A stretch of 64,000 nucleotides of DNA from the human T2T-CHM13v2.0 reference genome, Homo sapiens: assembly GCF_009914755.1 (NCBI RefSeq), contig NC_060948.1; one strand, 5' to 3'. The first letter of the stretch is position 1; every line of letters starts with the position of its first letter. Shown one piece after another: positions 25,301-41,080 of this stretch. Below the pieces are notes generated by a model. The model was given only the letters and a program-made list of their open reading frames with translations, was not told where the DNA came from and did not search any database. The translations under genes were made by a program, and so were the position numbers.

Positions 25301-28300
25301 AATGGAATTGAATGGAACGGAATAGAGTCGAATGGAATTGAATGGAATGGAATGGACTAGAGTGAAATGGAATCGAACCACAAGGAATGGAGAGGAATAG
25401 AATGGTCTCGAATTGAATGGAATCGTATGGAATGGCATCAAACGGAATGGAATGGACAGCCACGGAATGGAATGCACTCGAATGCAATGGAGTCGAAACT
25501 AATGGACTGGAATAGAATGGACTCGACTGGTACGGACTCCTATGGAAGGGAAAAGAATGGAAGGGAATCGAACGGAATGGACTCGAAGGGAAAAGACTGC
25601 AATGGAAAGGTCTCGAATGGAATGGAAATTAATGGAATGGAATGGAATCGAATGAAATGGAGTCAAAAGGAATGGAATCGAATGGCAAGAAATCGAATGT
25701 AATGGAATCGCAAGGAATTGATGTGAACGGAACGGAATGGAATGGAATCCAAAGGAATGGAATAGAATGGAATGGAATCGAATGGAAAGGACTCGAATGG
25801 AAATCACTGGAATAGAATGCAATTTAATAATATAGGATCAAATGTAATGGAATGGAATGGAAAGGAATCGAAACGAAAGGAATGGAGACAGATGGAATGG
25901 AATAGAACAGAGAGCAATGGTATAGAACGGAATGGAATCATCTGGAATGGAATTGAATGGAATGGAATAATATGAAATGGAATGGAATGGAATGGAATGG
26001 AATGCCCTTGAATTAAATGGACTGGAATGGAATGGACTCGAACAGAGTGGAATGGAAAGTGTTGAGATAGAATGGAATGGACTCGTTTGGAATGGTCTAG
26101 TATGCAATGCAATCGACTGGTAGGGAATCAAAAGGAATGTAATCGAATGGATTGGACTGGAATGCAATGGACTCGAATAGATTGCAAACGGAATGCAAAG
26201 GAATGGAATGGAATAGTATGGAATGGAATGGAAAGGAATGGAGTGGAATAGACTAGAGTGGAATGGAATGGACTGGAAAGCAATGGACTGGAATGGAACT
26301 TTCTTGAATGGACTGGAATCAAACGGAATGGAATGCAATGCAATCAAATGGCATGGAATAAAATAGAATGAAAGAGAATCAAATGGAATTGAATCGAATG
26401 GAATCGAATGGATTGGAAAGGAATAGAATGGAATGGAATGGAATGGACTAGAATGGAATGGATTCGAATGGAAGGCAAAGGAATGGAATCTATTGGAATG
26501 GACTGTAATGGAATGGAATGGAAGGGATTGGAATGGACTCGAATGGAATGGACTGCAATAGAAAGGATTCGAATGGAATGAAAAAGAATTGAATGGAATA
26601 GAACAGAATGGAATCAAATCGAATGAAATGGAATGGAATAGAAAGGAATGGAATGAAATGGAATGGAAAGGATTCGAATGGAATGCAATCGAATGGAATG
26701 GAATCGAACGGAATGGAATAAAATGGAAGAAAACTGGCAAGAAATGGAATCGAAATGAATGGAGTGTTATGGAACGGACTCAAAAGGAATTGAATGTAAT
26801 AGAATGGAGTGGAGTGGACTCGAATATAATGGACTGGAATGGAATGAAATCACATGGAATGGGAACGAATGGAATGGAATGGAAAGGAATGGAATCGAAT
26901 GGAAAGGAATCGAATGGAAGGGAATGAAATTGAATCAACAGGAATGGAAGGGAATAGAATAGACGGTAATGGAATGGACTCGAATAGAATGGACACGAAT
27001 GCTCAAATTGAATGGACTCGAATGGAATGGAAACGAAAGGAATGTCATCGAATGGAATTGAATCGATTGGAATGAAATCGCATAGAATGGAGTGGAATCA
27101 AATGGAATTGAATCGAAAGGAAAGGAAGCGAATGGACTGAAATGAAATGGAATGGAATTGAATGGAAAGTAATGCAATGGAATAGAATGGAACGAAATTT
27201 CACGGAATGGAATCAAACTGAATGGAATCAAATCAATGGAATCCAATCAAATGGAATGGAGTAGATTGGATTGGATGGGATTGGAATGAAATGTACTGGA
27301 AAGGACTCGAATTTCATGAAACGGAATGGAATGAATTGGAACGGAATGGACTCGAATGGAATGGAATGTCATAGAATGGCATCAAATGGAATGGCATCAA
27401 ATGGAATGGAATCGAATGCAATGGAATGCTATGGAATGGAATGGAATGCATTGGAATGGAATGTCCTCTAATGGAATGGATTCGAGTGGAATGGAATCGA
27501 ATATAATGGAGTCGAATGAAATGGAATTGAAAGGAATGGGATCGAATACAATGGAATATACTGGAATGTAATGTAATGAACTCGAATGTAATTGACTGGA
27601 ATGGAATGTACATGAATGGAATGTAATCGAATGGAAAGTAATCCAATGGAATAGAATCATATATGATATATAATATATGTATAATATTGTTTTACATCCT
27701 GCATCTTATGTTATATATATTGTATAAAATATAATAATTGATTATATATACTTTTATAACATAATTTACATAAAATATCATAATATAATATATATTATAT
27801 TATTTCATATTACATAATATATATTACATATCACCCAATATAAGTAACATACATAATATTATAATATAGATTATATTATGTTATATTAAATATCATATAT
27901 ATTATGTATCATATATTCTATAATATATATTATACATTATATAATATGTATGTTGTCTATTATGTGATATATATAACTATACATATAATTATATTATTAT
28001 ACGTATAACTAGATAAACATGTAATTCTACATATTTTCATTTATAATATATAGAATTATATAATCATATATAATTATGTATATTCTATAAAAAATTATAT
28101 CATTATATAAATTATAATATATAAAAATTATAATATGTACTACAAATATATATATTATATATCATATATGATATAGTACCTTTGTTATATATCATAATAC
28201 ATATAAATGTGTATTATGTTATCTATAATTATATAATTTCATATATAAGATGTATAATATGTGTCATATATTATATATGTTATGTAATATATATAGTATA

Positions 28301-28313
28301 TATAAGATGACAC

Positions 28314-28325
28314 AGGATAAATATT
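28314..28325 (+). repeat. 5' target-site duplication of the AluY (AGGATAAATATT)
   Basis: The same 12-mer recurs at 28600-28611. The empty site GACACAGGATAAATATTATATAC is seen in the other units (e.g. 31011-31033). Confidence 0.93.
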
Positions 28326-28647
<322 letters not shown>

Positions 28648-28694
28648 TTACATATAAGGCATAGCACATAACATGTAATATATATCATATATAA

Positions 28695-28985
<291 letters not shown>

Positions 28986-29554
28986 AGATCCACATTTTTT
29001 AAATGAAAAAAAATTTCAAAGGTACTCTGCTTGGTACAATAATCAAATGTATAAACTGAGGAATAAAACATAACCATGAAACCTACTTATAACTGCATAT
29101 GGAAAATACAGAGGATAATTTTTTAAATAACATATTTTGAAAGCCTTAACTAGTAATTTGAAGAGTTGGCATTTGAAAGGCCAGTATGAATATACCTTCA
29201 AAGCAGCAACACAGGTTCCCCATGAGGAAAAGCAAACTCAGGGAAAATAAAACCACAAAGGTTCAATCTCTTCTGACCTTTGAAAGACACAGCACAGACA
29301 GTGGTCCTTAGGACGAAGAGCAGGAGACCCCTAATTCCGTCACCATGGCGATAGGGCATAAACATTGCTGGGTGAGGGCACAATCCACATTGTGAGGTCC
29401 AACTGCTGCCAGGAAGACAGGTGTGCTTTTACATAGACCGAAAGGTCATTGAAGGCTCAGAGTTTTGTTTCAAGAACTGAATCCCAAGCCCACACGTTAT
29501 TAGGCTGCGCTTCTTAAAACATGTTATGAGATGGGAAAAAGGGCACCCACAAAC
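28986..29554. repeat. HSATI-type complex core of DYZ2 (first of 15 copies)
   Basis: ~570 bp of complex sequence between the Alu fragment and the AT-rich block. Other copies: 31403-31971, 33824-34392, 36244-36812, 38665-39233, 41081-41649, 43497-44065, 45915-46483, 48328-48896, 50741-51309, 53154-53722, 55567-56135, 57980-58547, 60399-60967, 62819-63387. The HSATI name comes from the known DYZ2 composition; boundaries are approximate. Confidence 0.8.
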
Positions 29555-31402
<1,848 letters not shown>

Positions 31403-33508
31403 AGATCCATATTTTTTAAATGAAAAAAAATTTCAAAGGTACTCTGCTTGGTACAATAATCAAATGTATAAACTGAGGAATAAAACATAACCATGAAACC
31501 TACTTATAACTGCATATGGAAAATACAGAGGATAATTTTTTAAATAACATATTTTGAAAGCCTTAACTAGTAATTTGAAGAGTTGGCATTTGAAAGGCCA
31601 GTATGAATATACCTTCAAAGCAGCAACACAGGTTCCCCATGAGAAAAAGCAAACACAGGGAAAATAAAAACACAAAGGTTCAATCTCTTCTGACCTTTGA
31701 AAGACACAGCACAGACAGTGGTCCTTAGGACGAAGAGCAGGAGACCCCTAATTCCGTCACCATGGCGATAGGGCATAAACATTGCTGGATGAGGGCACAA
31801 TCCACATTGTGAGGTCCAACTGCTGCCAGGAAGACAGGAGTGCTTTTACATAGACCGAAAGGTCATTGAAGGCTCAGAGTTTTGTTTCAAGAACTGAATC
31901 CCAAGCCCACACGATATTAGGCTGCGCTTCTTAAAACAAGTTATGAGATGGGAAAAAGGGCACCCACAAACATATGTATACATTATGTATATAATAATAT
32001 ACAGTATCATATATATAATATATATAACCTATGTATAATATTGTTTTACATCCTGCATCTTATGTTATATATATTGTATAAAATATAATAATTGATAATA
32101 TATAAGTTTTATATTTATACAATATGACATATAGTATATATTATAATTTATGACATATATAATATATGTTATATATCATATATGGAATATATTATACGGT
32201 TAATATACGTATTAAATATAAATTATACATTATATATATTATATATGATATATCTGTTATATATAATACCCATTATGCATAATATATATATTATGTCTAC
32301 GTTATATATAGTATAAAACAACATATAATAATATATAATTGTATATATAAAATGCGACATATAACATATATTATATTTTATGACATATGTAATATATATT
32401 ATATATTATATATAATACGTTGTATGTATAATACCTATATTAAATATATATTATATGACTATGTTATTAATTACATGTCACATATGTTATATATTATATA
32501 TTTTACATAGAATATACCGGTTACATACAATATATACTATGTTACCTATAATGTATAATTGATTACATGTAAAATAAAGAATGCAATATATTATGTATAA
32601 TTTATAGTATACAATATGTGGAATGTGATATATATAACATATAACATATGATATATGATATACAGTATATGATATATAACATACAATATATGATATCCAA
32701 TATATATGGTATACAATATATATTTTATGTTATGTATTCTATATGTTTTATATTCTGTTATATATAACTATTTGAAATTATATATAACTGTATAATATTT
32801 TATGTAAATATGTAATATAATATATATAACTATAAAATATATTATATATAACTATATATTATGTTATATATACTTTTATAACATAATTTACATAAAATAT
32901 CATAATATAATATATATTATATTATTTCACATTACATAATATATATTACATATCACCCAATATAAGTAACATACATAATATTATAATATAGATTATATTA
33001 TGTTATATTAAATATCATATATATCATGTATCATATATTCTATAATATATATTATACATTATATAATATGTATGTTGTCCATTATGTGATATATATTACT
33101 ATATATATAATTATATTATTATACATATAACTAGATAAACATGTAATTCTACATATTTTCATTTATAATATATAGAATTATTATATTCATATATAATTAT
33201 TTATATTCTATAAAAAATTATATCATTATATAAATTATAATATATAAAAATTATAAGATGTACTACCAGTATATATATTATATATCATATATGATATAGT
33301 ACCTTTGTTATATATCATAATACATATAAATGTGTATTATGTTATCTATAATTTTATAATTTCATATATAAGGTGTATAATATGTATTATATATTGTCTA
33401 TGTTATGTAATATATATAGTATATATAAGCTGACACAGGATAAATATTATATACTATGACATATAAAATATATGAGGTTATATGTTACATATAAGGCGTA
33501 GCACATAA

Positions 33509-33823
<315 letters not shown>

Positions 33824-35928
33824 AGATCCATATTTTTTAAATGAAGAAAAATTTCAAAGTTACTCTGCTTAGTACAATAATCAAACGTATAAACTGAGGA
33901 ACAAAACATAACCATGAAACCTACTTATAACTGCATATGGAAAATACAGAGGATAACTTTTTAAATAACATATTTTGAAAGGCTTAACTAGTAATTTGAA
34001 GAGTTGGCATTTGAAAGGCCAGTATGAATATACCTTCAAAGCAGCAACACAGGTTCCCCATGAGAAAAAGCAAACTCAGGGAAAATAAAACCACAAAGGT
34101 TCAATCTCTTCTGACCTTTGAAAGACACAGCACAGACAGTGGTCCTTAGGACTAAGAGCAGGAGACCCCTAATTCCGTCACCATGGCGATAGGGCATAAA
34201 CATTGCTGGGTGAGGGCACAATCCACATTGTGAGGTCCAACTGCTGCCAGGAAGACAGGAGTGCTTTTACATAGACCGAAAGGTCATTGAAGGCTCAGAG
34301 TTTTGTTTCAAGAACTGAATCCCAAACCCACACGTTATTAGGCTGCGATTCTTAAAACAAGTTATGAGATGGGAAAAAGGGCACCCACAAACATACGTAT
34401 ACATTATGTATATAATAATATACAGTATCATATATATAATATATATAATCTATGTATAATATTGTTTTACATCCTGCATCTTATATTATATATATTGTAT
34501 AAAATATAATAATTGATAATATATAAGTTTTATATTTATACAATAAGACATATAGTATATATTATAATTTATGACATATATAATATATGTTATATATCAT
34601 ATATAGAATATATTATACGGTTAATATACGTATTAAATATAAATTATACATTATATATATTATATATAATATATCTGTTATATATAATACCCATTATGCA
34701 TAATATATATATTATGTCTATGTTATATATAGTATAAAACAACATATAATAATATATAATTGTATATAGAAAACGCGACATATAATATATATTATATTTT
34801 ATGACATATGTAATATATATTATATATTATATAAAATACGTTGTATGTATAATACCTATATTAAATATATATTATATGACTATGTTATTAATTACATGTC
34901 ACATATGTTATATATTATATATTTTACATAGAATATACCGGTTACATACAATATATACTATGTTACCTATAATGTATAATTGATTACATGTAAAATAAAG
35001 AATGCAATATATTACGTATAATTTATAATATACAATATGTGGAATGTGATATATATAACATATAATATATGATATATGATATACAGTATATGATAATTAA
35101 CATACAATATATGATACCTAATATATATGGTATACAATATATATTTTATGATATGTATTCTATATGTTTTATATTCTGTCATATATAACTATTTGAAATT
35201 ATATATAACTGTATAATATTTTATGTAAATATGTAATATAATATATATAACTATATAATATATTATATATAACTATATATTATGTTATATATACTTTTAT
35301 AACATAATTTACATAAAATATCATAATATAATATATATTATATTATTTCATATTACATAATATATATTACATATCACCCAATATAACTAACATACATAAT
35401 ATTATAATATAGATTATATTATGTTATATTAAATATCATATATATCATGTATCATATATTCTATAATATATATTACACATTATATAATATGTATGATGTC
35501 TATTATGTGATATATATAACTATATATATAATTATATTTTTATACATATAACTAGATAAACACGTAATTCTACATATTTTCATTTATAATATGTAGAATT
35601 ATATAATCATATATAATTATTTATATTCTATAAAAAATTTTATCATTATATAAATTATAATATATAAAAATTATAATATGTACTACAAATATATATATTA
35701 TATATCATATATGATATAGTACCTTTGTTATATATCATAATACATATAAATGTGTATTATGTCATCTATAATTATATAATTTCATATATAAGACGTATAA
35801 TATGTATCATATATTATATATGTTATGTAATATATATAGTATATATAAGATGACACAGGATAAATATTATATACTATGACATATAAAGTATATGAGGTTA
35901 TATGTTACATATAAGGCATAGCACATAA

Positions 35929-36243
<315 letters not shown>

Positions 36244-38373
36244 AGATCCATATTTTTTAAATGAAAAAAAATTTCAAAGGTACTCTGCTTGGTACAATAA
36301 TCAAATGTATAAACTGAGGAATAAAACATAACCATGAAACCTACTTATAACTACATATGGAAAATACAGAGGATAATTTTTTAAATAACATATTTTGAAA
36401 GCCTTAACTAGTAATTTGAAGAGTTGGCATTTGAAAGGCCAGTATGAATATACCTTCAAAGCAGCAACACAGGTTCCCCATGAGAAAAAGCAAACACAGG
36501 GAAAATAAAAACACAAAGGTTCAATCTCTTCTGACCTTTGAAAGACACAGCACAGACAGTGGTCCTTAGGACGAAGAGCAGGAGACCCCTAATTCCGTCA
36601 CCATGGCGATAGGGCATAAACATTGCTGGGTGAGGGCACAATCCACATTGTGAGGTCCAACTGCTGCCAGGAAGACAGGAGTGCTTTTACATAGACCGAA
36701 AGGTCATTGAAGGCTCAGAGTTTTGTTTCAAGAACTGAATCCCAAGCCCACACGTTATTAGGCTGCGCTTCTTAAAACAAGTTATGAGATGGGAAAAAGG
36801 GCACCCACAAACATACGTATACATTATGTATATAATAATATACAGTATCATATATATAATATATATAACCTATGTATAATATTGTTTTACATCCTGCATC
36901 TTATGTTATATATATTGTATAAAATATAATAATTGATAATATATAAGTTTTATAATTATACAATATGACATATAGTATATATTATAATTTATGACATATA
37001 TAATATATGTTATATGTCATATATAGAATATATTATACGGTTAATATACGTATTAAATATAAATTATACATTATATATATTATATATAATATATCTGTTA
37101 TGTATAATGCCCATTATGCATAATATATATATTATGTCTATGTTATATATAGTATAAAACAACATATAATAATATATAATTGTATATATAAAATGCGACA
37201 TATAATATATATTATATTTTATAACATATGTAATATATATTATATATTATATATAATACGTTGTATGTATAATACCTATATTAAATATATATTATATGAA
37301 TATGTTATTAATTACATGTCACATGTGTTATATATTATATATTTTACATAGAATATACCGGTTACATACAATATATACTATGTTACCTATAATGAATAAT
37401 TTATTACATGTAAAATAAAGAATGCAATATATTATGTATAATTTATAATATACCATATGTGGAATGTGATATATATAACATATAATATATGATATATGAT
37501 ATACAGTATATGATATATAACATACAATATATGATTCCTAATATATATGGTATACAATATATATTTTATGATATGTATTCTATATGTTTTATATTCTGTT
37601 ATATATAACTATTTGAAATTATATATAACTGTATAATATTTTATGTAAATATGTAATATAATATATATAACTATACAATATATTATATATAACTATATAT
37701 TATGTTATATATACTTTTATAACATAATTTACATAAAATATCATAATATAGTATATATTATATTATTTCATATTACATAATATATATTACATATCACCGA
37801 ATATAACTAACATACATAATATTATAATATAGATTATATTGTGTTATATTAAATATCATATATATCATGTATCATATATTCTATAATATATATTACACAT
37901 TATATAATATGTATGTTGTCTATTATGTGATATATATAACTATATATATAATTATATTTTTATACATATAACTAGATAAACATGTAATTCTACATATTTT
38001 CATTTATAATATGTAGAATTATATAATCATATATAATTATTTATATTCTATAAAAAATTTTATCATTATATAAATTATAATATATAAAAATTATAATATG
38101 TACTACAAATATATATATATTATATATCATATATGATATAGTACCTTTGTTATATATCATAATACATATAAATGTGTATTATGTTATCTATAATTATATA
38201 ATTTCATATATAAGATGTATAATATGTATCATATATTATATATGTTATGTAATATATATAGTATATATAAGATGACACAGGATAAATATTATATACTATG
38301 ACATATAAAATATATGAGGTTATATGTTACATATAAGGCATAGCACATAACATGTAATATATATCATATATAA

Positions 38374-38664
38374 TTTTTTTTAGACAGAATCTTGTCCTGT
38401 TGCACAGGGTGGGGTACAATGGCGCCATCTTTGATCACTGCAACTTCTGCCTCACGGGTCCAAGCGATTGTCCTCCCTCAGCCTCCCAGGTAGCTGGGAC
38501 TACACCACACTGGGACTACACCAGCTGCCACCATGCCTAGCTAATTTTTTGGATTTTTAGTAGTGACAGCGTTTCACTGTATTGGCCAGGATGGTCTTGA
38601 TCTCTTCACCTTGTGATCCCCTTGCCTTGGCCTCCAAATTTGCTGGGATTACAGGCCTGAGCCA
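38374..38664 (-). mobile_element. Diverged Alu fragment, DYZ2 unit 5
   Basis: Same reverse-complement Alu motifs. Confidence 0.92.
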
Positions 38665-40765
38665 AGATCCATATTTTTTAAATGAAAAAAAATTTCAAAG
38701 GTACTCTGCTTGGTACAATAATCAAATGTATAAACTGAGGAATAAAACATAACCATGAAACCTACTTATAACTGCATATGGAAAATACAGAGGATAATTT
38801 TTTAAATAACATATTTTGAAAGCCTTAACTAGTAATTTGAAGAGTTGGCATTTGAAAGGCCAGTATGAATATACCTTCAAAGCAGCAACACAGGTTCCCC
38901 ATGAGAAAAAGCAAACACAGGGAAAACAAAAACACAAAGGTTCAATCTCCTCTGACCTTTGAAAGACACAGCACAGACAGTGGTCCTTAGGACGAAGAGC
39001 AGGAGACCCCTAATTCCGTCACCATGGCGATAGGGCATAAACATTGCTGGGTGAGGGCACAATCCACATTGTGAGGTCCAACTGCTGCCAGGAAGACAGG
39101 AGTGCTTTTACATAGACCGAAAGGTCATTGAAGGCTCAGAGTTTTGTTTCAAGAACTGAATCCCAAGCCCACACGTTATTAGGCTGCGCTTCTTAAAACA
39201 AGTTATGAGATGGGAAAAAGGGCACCCACAAACATACGTATACATTATGTATATAATAATATACAGTATCATATATATAATATATATAACCTATGTATAA
39301 TATTGTTTTACATCCTGCATCTTATGTTATATATATTGTATAAAATATAATAATTGATAAAATATAAGTTTTATAATTATACAATATGACATATAGTATA
39401 TATTATAATTTATGACATATATAATATATGTTATACATCATATATAGAATATATTATACGGTTAATATACGTGTTAAATATAAATTATACATTATATATA
39501 TTATATATAATATATCTGTTATATATAATACCCATTATGAATAATATATATATTATGTCTATGTTATATATAGTATAAAACCACATATAATAATATATAA
39601 TTGTATATATAAAATGCGACATATAATATATATTATATTTTATAACATATGTAATATATATTATATATTATATATAATACGTTGTATGTATAATACCTAT
39701 ATTAAATATATATTATATGACTATGTTATTAATTACATGTCACATGTGTTATATATTATATATTTTACATAGAATATACCGGTTACATACAATATATACT
39801 ATGTTACCTATAATGTATAATTTATTACATGTAAAATAAAGAATGCAATATATTATGTAAAATTTATAATATACAATATGTGGAATGTGATATATATAAC
39901 ATATAATATATGATATATGATGTACAGTATATGATATATAACATACAATATATGATTCCTAATATATATGGTATACAATATATATTTTATGATATGTATT
40001 CTATATGTTTTATATTCTGTTATATATAACTATTTGAAATTATATATAACTGTATAATATTTTATGTAAATATGTAATATAATATATATAACTATATAAT
40101 ATATTATATATAACTATATATTATGTTATATATACTTTTATAACATAATTTACATAAAATATCATAATATAATATATATTATATTATTTCATATTACATA
40201 ATATATATTACATATCACCCAATATAACTAACATACATAATATTATAATATAGATTATATTATGTTATATTAAATATCATATATATCATGTATCATATAT
40301 TCTATAATATATATTACACATTATATAATATGTATGTTGTCTATTATGTGATATATATAACTATATATATAATTATATTTTTATACATATAACTAGATAA
40401 ACTTGTAATTCTACATATTTTCATTTATAATATGTAGAATTATATAATCATATATAATTATATTCTATAAAAAATTTTATCATTATATAAATTATAATAT
40501 ATAAAAATTATAATATGTACTACAAATATATATATTATATATCATATATGATATAGTACCTTTGTTATATATCATAATACATATAAATGTGTATTATGTT
40601 ATCTATAATTATATAATTTCATATATAAGATGTATAATATGTATCATATATTATATATGTTATGTAATATATATAGTATATATAAGATGACACAGGATAA
40701 ATATTATATACTATGACATATAAAATATATGAGGTTATATGTTACATATAAGGCATAGCACATAA

Positions 40766-41080
<315 letters not shown>

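Larger units (their letters stand above)
1..27658 (+). repeat. DYZ1: DYZ1 / human satellite 3 (HSat3) array of Yq12 type; degenerate (GGAAT)n with a ~3.56 kb higher-order unit
   Basis: Continuous GGAAT/CGAAT/GGACT pentamers. One HaeIII site (in acaGGCCtgg) per unit at 3227, 6806, 10385, 13934, 17503, 21050 and 24614, giving spacings of 3579, 3579, 3549, 3569, 3547 and 3564 bp. One EcoRI site lies 39 bp upstream of each (e.g. 3188). This fits the established ~3.56 kb DYZ1 unit. The ORF track repeats with the same period. Confidence 0.97.

Noticed and set aside
1-27658. Telomeric or G-quadruplex array
   Set aside because: No TTAGGG repeats, and G-runs are mostly GG with only scattered GGG, so canonical G4 motifs are not evident.
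93-27660. Numerous ORFs up to 318 aa (MEWNG.../FHSIP... repeats)
   Set aside because: These are direct translations of GGAAT/ATTCC pentamers, which lack stop codons. They overlap in all frames, repeat with the unit and are broken at random between units.
29198-29383. 61-aa MCPHPAMF ORF (and the overlapping 71-aa MCFYF ORF) recurring in DYZ2 units
   Set aside because: Short, with no recognisable domain. Recurrence only reflects repeat identity, the changes seen alter amino acids freely, and the 71-aa ORF is missing from units 1, 3 and 13.
34513-34983. Ile/Tyr-rich ORFs in the AT-rich block
   Set aside because: Low-complexity translations present in one unit only, from chance loss of stop codons.
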